Position numbers and translations under genes: made by a program. This document shows positions 8,943 through 17,711 of a stretch of DNA of 45,008 bases, piece after piece; position 1 is the first letter of the stretch; the number at the start of each line of letters is the position of its first letter. The DNA is from a virus. The stretch lies in the IMG/VR virus record IMGVR_UViG_3300045918_000199, positions 1 through 45,008 of that record. One strand, 5' to 3'. The notes under the pieces are model-generated. The model saw only the letters and a program-made list of their open reading frames with translations. It searched no databases and was not told the DNA's origin.

Positions 8943-9962
8943 TTAGACCACGCGGCTCTCGGTGTTGAGCAGCTGGTCGACCTTGCGCAAGGGCACGCCC
9001 AAGAACCGGGTCAAGCTGTAAGGCGTACCGAACTGAGTCAACGCATCCTGAATCGACAGGGCGGCGTTGGACTTGCCCAGTGCGGCGACGCGCAACATGC
9101 TGTAAACGGTGCGGTTTGCGTAGAAGCAAGCACGACCCATCGACAGGTTTGGCACACGGTCAAGCGCGCGGCTCATCAGGTTGATGATCTGAGTCGCGGC
9201 GGTCGAGGCTTGAGTGCCCGATTGGCCGGTCAGGTCAGTCACGTTGATGTTGCAGATGCGCACGACATAGCGCCAGTCTTTCACAGCGACACCGTTCTTC
9301 CACTGGTACAGAGCACGCAGCGCTTGGAAGAAGTTGTTGTTGCTGTCAGGGACCGACTCTTCGCCCAGGTCCTGGTGCATCAGGCCGGCTTTGGAGCCTT
9401 TCGGGAACGGGCAGAAGACCGTGTTCTCGCCCCACACCACCAGGTAGATGGATGCGTTGTTGGAACCAGTGCCGCCAGCGTCCAGAATGTTCTGGGCGTT
9501 ACCAGCGCTCAAGCTGGAATAGCGGGTCTGCAGTCCCAGGAACTGACGTGGGTCGGTGCCGGGGTTGCCATAGAACATCGCGCCGGCCTGTGTCTGGTTC
9601 ATGGCTTCGATGAAGGCCTGATCTTCCGACAAGCGGAAGGCTGCAGTGTTGCCGTTCAGTTTGGCCAGTTCCACGTCGATGTGGGAGCGTGCTTCCAGGA
9701 TGCCGCAGGCTTCGTCAATTTGTGCGGTCAGCGATTTGCTGGTCGGCACACCTTGGTTAATCATGCGGTAGAAGACCTGGGGCAGACCGGTGCGAATCGT
9801 CAGACGGTGACCGGTCGGCAGGTTGCCTTCCATGAACACAGCGTCTTCGAGAATCTCGTTGGTTTGCGACAGGAGTTCGGCGACTTTGGGTACTTGACCA
9901 TCAGGGTCAAGACGTTTTGCCCAGTCTGCCAGGGTCAGTGCGCCAGTTGAGAGAAGTGCCAT
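8943..9962 (-). CDS. Major capsid protein
   Basis: 339 aa with a GAGG RBS. The N-terminal ..LADWAKRLDPDG..EGNLPTGHRLTIRTGLP.. is a pattern I recognise from podoviral HK97-fold major capsid proteins. Gene order is portal, scaffold, capsid. Confidence 0.85.
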   Translation of the reverse strand: MALLSTGALTLADWAKRLDPDGQVPKVAELLSQTNEILEDAVFMEGNLPTGHRLTIRTGLPQVFYRMINQGVPTSKSLTAQIDEACGILEARSHIDVELAKLNGNTAAFRLSEDQAFIEAMNQTQAGAMFYGNPGTDPRQFLGLQTRYSSLSAGNAQNILDAGGTGSNNASIYLVVWGENTVFCPFPKGSKAGLMHQDLGEESVPDSNNNFFQALRALYQWKNGVAVKDWRYVVRICNINVTDLTGQSGTQASTAATQIINLMSRALDRVPNLSMGRACFYANRTVYSMLRVAALGKSNAALSIQDALTQFGTPYSLTRFLGVPLRKVDQLLNTESRVV

Positions 9963-9973
9963 TTAGAGCCTCA

Positions 9974-10603
9974 TTAAGATTGGTTGGGATACAGAGCTTT
10001 AGCGGTGTCAGCTGATGTCGACGGGCCGTTGCCCCCCTTGACCAGACTGGCGTCCTCGCTAACCATTCTGCCGATGGTGTTCATCCACTTGACCACCGCT
10101 GGGTGCGAACCCATGCGAGAGCTGTGTAGAAGCGCCTTCAGCTCCGGTGGTCCAAGATCAATAGCCCGGCGACCGTTGGCCAGAGTTGCCTCCAGCTTGT
10201 CACCACCCAGGTCCGGGTCAGCTTTCACTGCTGCTTCCCAGCCCGCGACCTCTTTGCTGAAGGCCGCGGCTTCCGCCTTGACCTGGCCAGCTCGAAGGTC
10301 AACAAGTTGCTGCACCGTCTCCGGCGACCACTTGTTGGTCTTGGCCACTTCCACGAGTTGGGTCAGCGCTATCTCGTCTACCGGCATGCCCTCGGGCAAC
10401 ACCGGTGCGTAGACAACCTCTGCCTCGCCCGTCTTGGTTTCCCCCTCCGCTGGCTTGACTGCAGCTGCGGGGTCCGCAGTTGTGGCCGGGTCAACGATGG
10501 GTGCTCCACCTTGTGCTTCTGGCTTTACGCCTTCGGCTGTTTGCTGTACTCCGGCTTCAGGTGTGACTTGTCCGGCTACTGGCGCTACCACTACTTCTGT
10601 CAT
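9974..10603 (-). CDS. Scaffolding protein
   Basis: 209 aa. Ala/Glu/Pro-rich low-complexity N-terminus and helical remainder. Lies between the portal and capsid genes. ATGA-coupled to the upstream gene. Confidence 0.65.
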   Translation of the reverse strand: MTEVVVAPVAGQVTPEAGVQQTAEGVKPEAQGGAPIVDPATTADPAAAVKPAEGETKTGEAEVVYAPVLPEGMPVDEIALTQLVEVAKTNKWSPETVQQLVDLRAGQVKAEAAAFSKEVAGWEAAVKADPDLGGDKLEATLANGRRAIDLGPPELKALLHSSRMGSHPAVVKWMNTIGRMVSEDASLVKGGNGPSTSADTAKALYPNQS

Positions 10604-10905
10604 GCTTTATGCTCCTGGAGCATGATGATGTAGTTGTCAAAAGACCCCTCCACCATCTCGTTAATCACAAACAAGCCCACGTTACGTTCACCCTCCAGGA
10701 AGTTGGTCTGCCCGCTGTTCGTGAATGACGAACGGTAGACGCCAGCTCTCCCCAGGAGACGATGAATAAACCTGCGGCCCTGCTTGTGTGCCATGAGCCA
10801 CTTGATGTCGTTCAGCTCCTGCAGTCGCTGGGCGTCAACTAAGAGGGTCTTGCCTTCCTGCTGTCGCGCTTCTTCTACAGTATCTGTCGGGTTCTCAAGT
10901 GACAT
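10600..10905 (-). CDS. Conserved hypothetical head-module protein
   Basis: 101-aa ORF between portal and scaffold, coupled to the scaffold gene. No motif recognised. Confidence 0.6.
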   Translation of the reverse strand: MSLENPTDTVEEARQQEGKTLLVDAQRLQELNDIKWLMAHKQGRRFIHRLLGRAGVYRSSFTNSGQTNFLEGERNVGLFVINEMVEGSFDNYIIMLQEHKA

Positions 10906-10946
10906 GGTGCGAATTGTGGCGGTGGGTGCTCACGTTAAGCACACGG

Positions 10947-12674
10947 TCACGGCTGGCCTGGCGTGCTGTAGCCCTGCAGTCCGCTCATCACGTCGCGCAT
11001 TCCTTGCGGGTCGATCTGGCTCACGTCCTTGGCGGCGCCGGCCATAGCGGGTGCTGCAGCCATCATCTGTTGGGCAGCCTGCTGCTTGGCCTTGGCTGCG
11101 CGTGAGGCCTCGACCTTGTCCTGGTCCACGATGATGTCGGGGTTGACACCGTACATGGTGGCGTAGTCGTCGATGGCCACGTCGAAGTTGACCTTGTCCA
11201 CCACGCCAGGGTTGAGCCCAGCCAACGTGCCCACCGTGCCCAGCAAGCGGTCCAGACCACCGGCGCTCACGATGCGCTGAGCTTGCGCCAGCACGCTGAT
11301 GAACTGCACGTTGATCTGCATGTCGTGCATCTCTTTGGGCGGCGTCAACGGGTTGGGCCGGCCATCGGGCAGCAGCGGGTGGAACAGACCAGACTCGACG
11401 CAGTGGTCGAAGGTCATGTCGATCAGGGGCTTGAGCAGCTCGTCATGCAAGCGCTCAAGCACCGGACCGATCATCAGCATCTTCTCCTCGTGGCGCTCGG
11501 CGATCTCGGTGGCCGTCACGCCTGAGCGTGTGTCGTTGGCCAACATCATAAAGAGGTCAGCGTAGTAGGCGTTGCGGATGCGGCCGCGCACGTCCTGTAT
11601 GTCTTCCATCAGGTGGCTCAGGTTCAGGTTCACATCGAACGCAGAGCGCACGCCACCGCCTGGGCCGTTCGTATCGACGAACATCACACCGCCTGGCAGG
11701 CGCTGCGAAGCCGCATCTTTGTACGCGGTTGGCACCTGCAGGGGTGGGTTGACCATGTAGTCAATGCCTTGCGACTTGCGCAGCTGCTCGTGCTGCAGTT
11801 GCTTCACGTCGCCCTGTGCTTCCATGCCTGGGCTGTTGCCATAGATGTCGTTGCCTGTCACGGCCCAGCGGGGGCACAGGCCAGGGAATCGCTTGAAGCC
11901 CGACTCGCTCAGGAACTTGTCGTCGTTGCCACCCATCTCCAGATAGTTGGAGCAAAACTTCATGTTCTTGTTGTCGATCTTGCCTGGCTTGCGCCCGACG
12001 TTGGGCTCAACCATGTGGATGACTGGCACCCAGCTGTCGAGCTGGTTGCGCTCATGCAAGCTCTTGACGGTGTGGCTCACGTTCTCGATGCCGAACTTGC
12101 TGACCATCTGGCCAACCGTCATCTGGAACTCACGGGCCAGGGCGTTGACCCGGCCGCGATCATCTGTGCCGATGGCGTACTCGCCAATGGTCATGGGGTA
12201 GTGGTGGATGACGTTGTCAAAGTCGTGCAGCACCACATCGCCCCATGTCCCAAACAGGCCCAGCTCCTCGTAGCCTTGATGCAGGCTGCGGTAGGTGTTG
12301 GAGCGCGCGAAGATTTCGCGCAGTAATTGAGAGACCTGGAACAGCCAGCTCTTGACTGGGCCGTAGCGCATCAGGTCCTTGTCGGCCAGCTCCATGGCGA
12401 ACCACGGACGCGCCGGGCTCGTCATGCCCGACATCATGCCGGCAGCTAGCGTGCGCGATGCGCCGATGGCAGTGTTGTCGTAGATGGAGTTGTGACGCTT
12501 CCAGCCTTTGTTCACGTCGGTAATCATGTAGCGACCCAGGCGAGGCTGCTGGTACTCGCTTATCTCGCGCCAGTGCATGACCCAGCTTGAGCGCTCTTGC
12601 CACAGCGCACCCTTGCGTTGCAGCGCGCGTTGTCGCTTGGTCAGGCCGGCGCCGGGAACAGGTACTTGTGCCAT
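10947..12674 (-). CDS. Portal (head-to-tail connector) protein
   Basis: 575 aa. The N-terminal ..ALWQERSSWVMHWREISEYQQPRLGRY.. is typical of podoviral head-tail connector proteins. Follows the terminase genes. Confidence 0.85.
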   Translation of the reverse strand: MAQVPVPGAGLTKRQRALQRKGALWQERSSWVMHWREISEYQQPRLGRYMITDVNKGWKRHNSIYDNTAIGASRTLAAGMMSGMTSPARPWFAMELADKDLMRYGPVKSWLFQVSQLLREIFARSNTYRSLHQGYEELGLFGTWGDVVLHDFDNVIHHYPMTIGEYAIGTDDRGRVNALAREFQMTVGQMVSKFGIENVSHTVKSLHERNQLDSWVPVIHMVEPNVGRKPGKIDNKNMKFCSNYLEMGGNDDKFLSESGFKRFPGLCPRWAVTGNDIYGNSPGMEAQGDVKQLQHEQLRKSQGIDYMVNPPLQVPTAYKDAASQRLPGGVMFVDTNGPGGGVRSAFDVNLNLSHLMEDIQDVRGRIRNAYYADLFMMLANDTRSGVTATEIAERHEEKMLMIGPVLERLHDELLKPLIDMTFDHCVESGLFHPLLPDGRPNPLTPPKEMHDMQINVQFISVLAQAQRIVSAGGLDRLLGTVGTLAGLNPGVVDKVNFDVAIDDYATMYGVNPDIIVDQDKVEASRAAKAKQQAAQQMMAAAPAMAGAAKDVSQIDPQGMRDVMSGLQGYSTPGQP

Positions 12675-12877
12675 CAGCTACCCAGCAACGTGCCACGCCC
12701 GAGCGTGAGTTGGCTGTTCTCCACGCCTGTTGGGCCGGTGAGCAGCGAGCCTCCAGCGTTGCCGCCGATCAGCTGGCGCCGCTTGCGCATAGCGCTCAGG
12801 TCCGCGATGTTCGGGTCCTGTGGCGTCTGGGGCGGGTCAATCGGTTTGGGCGCTTTGGGTCCGTCTGGTAGGCACAT
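12674..12877 (-). CDS. Small basic virion-type protein (RKRR ... SLLTG motif)
   Basis: 67 aa with GGAG 9 nt upstream of ATG 12877. Its stop overlaps the portal ATG by 1 nt. Shares an SLLTG-G motif with the 173-aa gp14-slot protein. Confidence 0.55.
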   Translation of the reverse strand: MCLPDGPKAPKPIDPPQTPQDPNIADLSAMRKRRQLIGGNAGGSLLTGPTGVENSQLTLGRGTLLGS

Positions 12878-12915
12878 AGGTCAGCTCCGGTCGGAGGTCA
12901 AGTATTCCGAGCACT

Positions 12916-13431
12916 CTACCGCGCCGCCGACGCGCTATGCACACGCTTGCGTTGGTTCGCGCTTTGCTGCTTGGGCGTAGCCCACCTGCAGTTCCCTGGT
13001 TCGTAGTCGCCGTCGTTGTCCACGCGATCTATCGTGTGCCCTGATGGGCGCTCCCCCATGTCCGCCAAAAACAGCGTGAAGTCCGCCCACCGCGCGCACA
13101 CCTGGATGCCCCTCGCGCCATACGATAGGTACTTCACGTTGCGCGGGTTCTCGCAGCGCCCACGCATCGCCTGCCACGTCATGTAGGTTGGGCTTATTTT
13201 GCCCCCACTGGCGTGGCCGTGAACCGGCGCGCGCCCCTTCGGCTTCGCCGCCTTGGGGGGTTTCTCTCTGCGCCTTCGGCACCCACACCCGGTGGATAGT
13301 CCCAGTCGCGCGTTGGTGGCCACAATGTCTCTCACGACACCGCACACGCACTGGCAACGCAGCATCTTATGCCGGTGTGTCGCGCTCGGTTCCGCTACAC
13401 CAAGAACTGTCCAGTCGCCGTACTTTTGCAT
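12916..13431 (-). CDS. HNH homing-type endonuclease (free-standing)
   Basis: 171 aa counted from ATG 13431 (GAAGGGG RBS). Contains Cys clusters plus YGARGIQVCARW...DRVDNDGDYEPGNCRWATPKQQ, a typical phage HNH signature. The longer track ORF to 13695 overlaps terL and is rejected. Confidence 0.8.
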   Translation of the reverse strand: MQKYGDWTVLGVAEPSATHRHKMLRCQCVCGVVRDIVATNARLGLSTGCGCRRRREKPPKAAKPKGRAPVHGHASGGKISPTYMTWQAMRGRCENPRNVKYLSYGARGIQVCARWADFTLFLADMGERPSGHTIDRVDNDGDYEPGNCRWATPKQQSANQRKRVHSASAAR

Positions 13432-13487
13432 GTTCGCCCCTTCGTTGTGAATACGAAGAGTAAAACATAATATGTTCGTTATGCACA

Positions 13488-15065
13488 CTACTCGTGGCGC
13501 ATTCTCGCGAGGGGGTCGTACTCGATGACGCTCTGCACGTTTTGACGCCGCATCTCGCGGGTGACCTTGGGCGTCTCGATCAGCGCCAGGATGAACGCGG
13601 TGGCCATGTCCGGGCTGCGACCAATGCGCTTGATGATTTCCTCGCGGCCCTCGACCTTGATGGTGAAGCCCGAGGCCTCCCACTTGGGTGCGCACAATTC
13701 TGCAAGCAGCTTCTTGATGGGTGGCAGCGCGATGCCAGTGTCATTGGCTGGGTCCAGCGCCTCGCGAAAGCGCCACCACAGCTCGCTGCGCTGGTTGAAG
13801 AAGCTCAGGCGCCCGGACCTGTCCTTGCCCCTGGCCTTCTCGCTTACGTTGATGCCCAGCACCGGCAGGCTCATCTGGTTGAGCACGTCGTATGGCGAGG
13901 CGCCCACCCCGATCACGTCGATGTGAATGGGCGCATCGTCGCGCCGATGTGCGATGGTCAGGCCGGCCACCTTCGGGCCATCAGGCGTCTCGGTGCCCGG
14001 GTACTCGTGGGGCTCATCGAACCACATGCCCTTGCCGCTGTCGTCCATGTGTCGCGTTGCGATGGTCGTCTTGTCCTTGCCGCCCCTGGCCACGTCCACA
14101 CCCTCGCTGAGCATCTCGCCCTTGGGGCTGCGCTTCGCCCACCGGGCCTGGGCTGCCTCAACCCACGCGGTCGGGATGACCTGCCAGGGGTCGTCCTCCA
14201 TGCCGGCCTGGAAGTCGCCATACAGCATCTGTGAGCGCAAGGGCTCGGGCAAGGCTTGAAGTGTGGTCATGTAGTTGGTCCCCATGAGGTGAGGGTTGTC
14301 GCTGATACGTGAAGGAATGAACGTCCTGGACTGTGGGAACAGCATCTCGCCCTTGTGCTCGAAGGGCTCGCCATCGGGCACCCACAGCTCCACACCGTCG
14401 ACCATGGCCACGTAGCGCAGCTCGCCAGGTTGCGCGGCGCCACCATGGCCTGTGAACTTGCGATCTAACCAAGGTGCGAAGAAGTCCACAATCCAGCGGC
14501 CCTCGGCCGTGGTGGGTGGGTTGAAGGTGAGCAGCGTCTGCGTGCGCTGGTTGGGGTCGACCGTGCGCACCCAACCCATCAGGAAGCGCACCTGGGCCTC
14601 CAAGAAGTTAGCTGCCTCGTCGATGACCAAGCAGTCCTTGGCTCGGCCCTGGTACTTCTTCTCGTCACCCAGGTTGGGCACCGAGCCGAACTCAATGAGC
14701 CGGCAGTTGCCGTGGGGCTCACGCCATACAGGTGGCTTGCCGCCAAGGCCATCGCGATGGCCCAGTATCTGCTCCATGCGGTCGATGATGCCGCCCAGCT
14801 CCGTGCCCTCTCGCCTGAACATCTGCACGACCTGGTGCTGGTTGAGCGCCTTGCCACATGCCAGATCAGTCTTGCCGCCACCAGCTGCGCCACCAAAGCC
14901 CACCACATCAGCGGTGCTCTCGTAGGCCATCTGCTGAGGCCCAGGCAGTGGGGTCCAGGGCGTCTCTTGAATGTCCGCTGCGATGAGCGCATGCAGCTCT
15001 GCGCGCTCGTCCGATGTCATGTACGCCTCAAGCGCTGCGATGTCCTCGGCAGTCAATGGAACCAC
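13488..15065 (-). CDS. terL: Terminase large subunit
   Basis: Walker A is GGAAGGGKTD and Walker B is CLVIDEA. 525 aa from GTG 15065. An alternative ATG at 15020 has a better GAGG RBS. Confidence 0.9.
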   Translation of the reverse strand: MVPLTAEDIAALEAYMTSDERAELHALIAADIQETPWTPLPGPQQMAYESTADVVGFGGAAGGGKTDLACGKALNQHQVVQMFRREGTELGGIIDRMEQILGHRDGLGGKPPVWREPHGNCRLIEFGSVPNLGDEKKYQGRAKDCLVIDEAANFLEAQVRFLMGWVRTVDPNQRTQTLLTFNPPTTAEGRWIVDFFAPWLDRKFTGHGGAAQPGELRYVAMVDGVELWVPDGEPFEHKGEMLFPQSRTFIPSRISDNPHLMGTNYMTTLQALPEPLRSQMLYGDFQAGMEDDPWQVIPTAWVEAAQARWAKRSPKGEMLSEGVDVARGGKDKTTIATRHMDDSGKGMWFDEPHEYPGTETPDGPKVAGLTIAHRRDDAPIHIDVIGVGASPYDVLNQMSLPVLGINVSEKARGKDRSGRLSFFNQRSELWWRFREALDPANDTGIALPPIKKLLAELCAPKWEASGFTIKVEGREEIIKRIGRSPDMATAFILALIETPKVTREMRRQNVQSVIEYDPLARMRHE

Positions 15066-15241
15066 CCAGCATCGGGGCGCTGGTCGAAGGCGCGATGCGT
15101 GACCACGTCATCCTCGTCAAGCGTGGGCTTGCAGTGGCACTTAATGCTGCATGTGTGCGGGCCGATGTCGTACAGGGGCACGATGTGCTCTTGCACCGGC
15201 TTCCAAGGCTCGTGGGGTGTGACCTCGATGACCTGCCACAT
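15053..15241 (-). CDS. Small His/Cys-rich protein between terS and terL
   Basis: 62 aa. Its ATG shares 1 nt with the terS stop. Carries the motif HTCSIKCHCKP...VTH. Function unknown. Confidence 0.55.
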   Translation of the reverse strand: MWQVIEVTPHEPWKPVQEHIVPLYDIGPHTCSIKCHCKPTLDEDDVVTHRAFDQRPDAGWFH

Positions 15242-15774
15242 CAGGCCAGGTCTCCAAACTCTTTGCGCTTTCGCGCCAGCTCCAACAGATAGGCAGCGCG
15301 CGATGCGCGTGTCAGCTGGTCCACCACCACCGGCGCGCCATCGGCGCCGGTCAGCTCAGTGCGGTCTGCGTATACCTTCTTGCGCCGGCCCTTGAGCACC
15401 AGGTTCAGCAGCGCGTCGCTGTGCTTGCGCACGGTGAGGGGTACAGGCTGGTCATGCTCGTCGAGCACCAGCTCAAAGGCGACCTCGCCATCCTCGCGCA
15501 CCACGCGCTTGGTGACGTACATCAGGTGTCCCTTGTCGATGACAGGCTCCTCGTAGCCCACCACGCCACGACGGAACGCTTCCTTCTCGGCTCGGTCGAT
15601 GCCGGCCTCCATGGCCGCATCCCAGGCCTTGGCAAACTCAGGGTCGGTCTCGCGAGCGCGCCAGGCCGTGCTGCGGTTGATGTCCACAGCTTCGCAGCCG
15701 TGGCGCACCACAGGGTACTCGGTCAGCGCTTTGAGGAAGGCGGGCTTCCAGTCGATTAGTTTGGGTCCACTCAT
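15241..15774 (-). CDS. terS: Terminase small subunit
   Basis: 177 aa. N-terminal HTH-like region, then DPEFAKAWDAAMEAGIDRAEKEAFRRGVVGYEEPV, a pattern common in small terminases. Lies directly upstream of terL. Confidence 0.75.
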   Translation of the reverse strand: MSGPKLIDWKPAFLKALTEYPVVRHGCEAVDINRSTAWRARETDPEFAKAWDAAMEAGIDRAEKEAFRRGVVGYEEPVIDKGHLMYVTKRVVREDGEVAFELVLDEHDQPVPLTVRKHSDALLNLVLKGRRKKVYADRTELTGADGAPVVVDQLTRASRAAYLLELARKRKEFGDLA

Positions 15775-15795
15775 GCCAGCACTGTAGGCCAGCTG

Positions 15796-16140
15796 TCAAC
15801 GCTTAGGCACACGCTTGGTGGCGTAGGGCACCTGGGCCCGGCGCCGGCCCTTCACGTAGTCCCTGATGGTGTATTTGCTGATGCCGCCAGGGATGTCATC
15901 GAACTTGTCCGCGATGGCCTGATAGCTCAGGCCAGCGTCGCGAAGGTAGAGCACCAGGTCCACGTCTGCATCCGCCAGCTTGGCGCGGTGATGGCCCTCG
16001 CCGATTCGCTTGCCCTTATCGTTCACAAACACCAGCTGGGTGCCTACCAGCACGGAGGGTCTGGGCGAGGTGTCTCGCGCCAGAATCTTCGGCATCCGCT
16101 GAACGCGGGATGAGCGCGCGTTGTTTTTTGCATGCCCCAT
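15796..16140 (-). CDS. HTH DNA-binding protein, first gene of the late/packaging arm
   Basis: 114 aa from ATG 16140 (the track start at 16155 is TTG). HHRAKLADADVDLVLYLRDAGLSYQAIADKF is a resolvase/ParB-type HTH segment. Confidence 0.65.
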   Translation of the reverse strand: MGHAKNNARSSRVQRMPKILARDTSPRPSVLVGTQLVFVNDKGKRIGEGHHRAKLADADVDLVLYLRDAGLSYQAIADKFDDIPGGISKYTIRDYVKGRRRAQVPYATKRVPKR

Positions 16141-16163
16141 TTTTCCAGTCCTCAACGTGTAAT

Positions 16164-16193
16164 TTATTACGGATTGGGGTCAATCACTTGCAA
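16164..16193 (-). promoter_or_regulatory. Candidate sigma70-type promoter for the late arm
   Basis: Read on the minus strand: TTGCAA (16193-16188), 18-nt spacer, TAATAA (16169-16164), about 24 nt upstream of ATG 16140. The -35 hexamer is itself one copy of the repeat motif. Confidence 0.35.
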
Positions 16194-16317
16194 CACTGCA
16201 ACACCCCTATAGGGGTGTGTTGCAAACGTTGCATTTTTTAGTGATTTTGCAACACAGCAACGTGTTGCATGTTGCAGCCGTGTTGCAGTGTTGCATGCCA
16301 ACTTGCAATCTTTTGCA
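16188..16317. repeat. Array of about 12 GTTGCA/TGCAAC core repeats in both orientations (iteron- or operator-like)
   Basis: TGCAAC at 16189, 16197 and 16248. GTTGCA at 16219, 16228, 16264, 16271, 16282 and 16290. TTGCA(A) at 16303 and 16313. All lie in the 173-bp gap between two minus-strand HTH genes. Confidence 0.85.
16201..16218. repeat. Perfect 18-bp palindrome ACACCCCTATAGGGGTGT
   Basis: Read directly. It is flanked by inverted TGCAAC / GTTGCA copies and followed on the plus strand by GTTGCATTTTTT. Confidence 0.9.
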
Positions 16318-16328
16318 CGTTGTTTGCC

Positions 16329-16694
16329 TCATTTGTACACCCCTTGGCGGTTCACCACACGCCAGATCGTGGCGTGGCCAACGCCCATTTTCCGTGCAAT
16401 CCGCTCAGCGCTCCAGCCTTCAGCCTTCAGTTTTCGAACCTCAGCGACCTTGGCGTCGTCGAGACTGCGAGGCTTAGGTGACACCCTGTGGCGCCCACCG
16501 CGAAGCTCGCACGGCGCAGTGCGGTCCACGATGACCAAGGTGCCATCCACCAGGCTCGCCAGCTTCTTCTTGAGCCCAGGGTCGTCAGGATGTACGACGA
16601 TGGTGGGCTTGGGTCTTTCATTGGCGAAGAACACCTCGCCAGGCTTGTGTCTTGCCAGCGCCTGCTCCACGTCGGTTTTCAACAGAAAGCTCAT
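16329..16694 (-). CDS. HTH DNA-binding protein (resolvase-type C-terminal HTH)
   Basis: 121 aa, ATGA-coupled. The C-terminal AKVAEVRKLKAEGWSAERIARKMGVGHATIWRVV is a classic HTH_7-like segment. Confidence 0.7.
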   Translation of the reverse strand: MSFLLKTDVEQALARHKPGEVFFANERPKPTIVVHPDDPGLKKKLASLVDGTLVIVDRTAPCELRGGRHRVSPKPRSLDDAKVAEVRKLKAEGWSAERIARKMGVGHATIWRVVNRQGVYK

Positions 16695-17275
16695 AGGTCC
16701 CCCGCAAAATAGTTAGCAGCATCATCACACGCTGATCGGGCAGCCGGCACATCGCGAAACTCATCGCCGAACAGCATGTCAGCCAAGGCCCCATGCGTCT
16801 TGCGCAGAATCGTCTCAGCACGCACCATGCGGGCCTTGTAGCCCTTGCGTATGTCAATCTCTTCCTGGACCTTGGCGGTCAGCTCTTCGATCTTGACCTG
16901 GTCGGCGCTGGGCTCCAGCGGTACGGCCTGTGGTGATGGCTGTGCATAAAGGCACACTGTTGTTTCACCTCTGGTGGACGACCCGACTTTAATGGACCAC
17001 ACCGTAGCAGACGCCTCGCTGGTTTTGAACTTCTCAAAATCGTCTGCGTACATATAAGCGGTAGGCTCCTGCGGTACGGCGGCAAGGGCGGCGCGGGTGT
17101 TCCATGCTGCCACATCGCTTTCGTAGTCAAGGTTGATGACAGACGATTTTGTCCCAAAACACCCTTCGGTTTTGCAGGATGCTCTCGGGTTTCGCAGTCG
17201 CCACACAACATCCGGTTCTTTCCCGCAAAATGGACATGGCTCCAAGTGAGGGCAGGGTGGCAGTTCATTGCTCAT
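16691..17275 (-). CDS. Lar-like (restriction alleviation) zinc-ribbon domain fused to a duplicated 45-aa domain and a helical tail
   Basis: 194 aa. N-terminal LEPCPFCGKEP...SCKTEGC...DVAAWNTRA matches the Lar-family pattern as I recall it. Residues around 70-115 (AYMYADDFEKFKTSEASATVWSIKVGSSTRGETTV) are paralogous to the C-terminus of 17714..18007. Confidence 0.7.
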   Translation of the reverse strand: MSNELPPCPHLEPCPFCGKEPDVVWRLRNPRASCKTEGCFGTKSSVINLDYESDVAAWNTRAALAAVPQEPTAYMYADDFEKFKTSEASATVWSIKVGSSTRGETTVCLYAQPSPQAVPLEPSADQVKIEELTAKVQEEIDIRKGYKARMVRAETILRKTHGALADMLFGDEFRDVPAARSACDDAANYFAGDL

Positions 17276-17490
17276 TTTGGTTCTCCAAGTATGTGGGATT
17301 CGATTGCTCTGGCGAATCTATCTGGGGTAAATCCACCTTTGCCGTATTCAATATCGTATTGAATGTCAAAAATCTGTTCTGGAGTCATCCGCTGCACTGG
17401 CTTGAGACTGCGAAGGATTGTCATTGTTTCGGAGGGTTCGTTTTTAAGGCGCTCAACCTGCTCCTGAGTAATGATGTAAACGTCTTTCAT
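17272..17490 (-). CDS. Hypothetical small protein (AT-rich island)
   Basis: 72 aa from ATG 17490. ATGA-coupled at both ends. Lower GC than the genome. Confidence 0.6.
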   Translation of the reverse strand: MKDVYIITQEQVERLKNEPSETMTILRSLKPVQRMTPEQIFDIQYDIEYGKGGFTPDRFARAIESHILGEPK

Positions 17491-17711
17491 CGCGTCCTCC
17501 CTTCTATTGCTTGAACGGCTGCTGCGACAATAGGCCACATGATTCCCGTACTTTTCAACGCCACCAGCGCCTGCTCAAGCAGCTTGTCCTGTTCAGCAAC
17601 TCGGGCATGAAGTTCGTCTATCTCTGCTTGCAACTTAATTTCTTTGGCCGTGGTTGCGGTGCTTACAAGAGATAGCTCAAGATAAAGTTTGTCGATGGTT
17701 TCAGTGGTCAT
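17487..17711 (-). CDS. Hypothetical coiled-coil protein (AT-rich island)
   Basis: 74 aa from ATG 17711, preceded by AAGGATTGACC. The same 15-nt initiation region occurs again at 18004-18018. Confidence 0.6.
   Translation of the reverse strand: MTTETIDKLYLELSLVSTATTAKEIKLQAEIDELHARVAEQDKLLEQALVALKSTGIMWPIVAAAVQAIEGRTR

Noticed and set aside
12916-13695. 259-aa version of the HNH ORF extending into terL
   Set aside because: The upstream 88 codons overlap the terL 3' end and translate to Arg/His/Gly-rich filler. An internal ATG at 13431 has a GAAGGGG RBS and begins the recognisable HNH protein.
16217-16716. Three plus-strand ORFs (70-142 aa) across the repeat array and antisense to the 121-aa HTH gene
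   Set aside because: They begin inside the GTTGCA repeat array, where repeated TTG/ATG codons create spurious starts. They have no RBS and lie antisense to a motif-supported gene.
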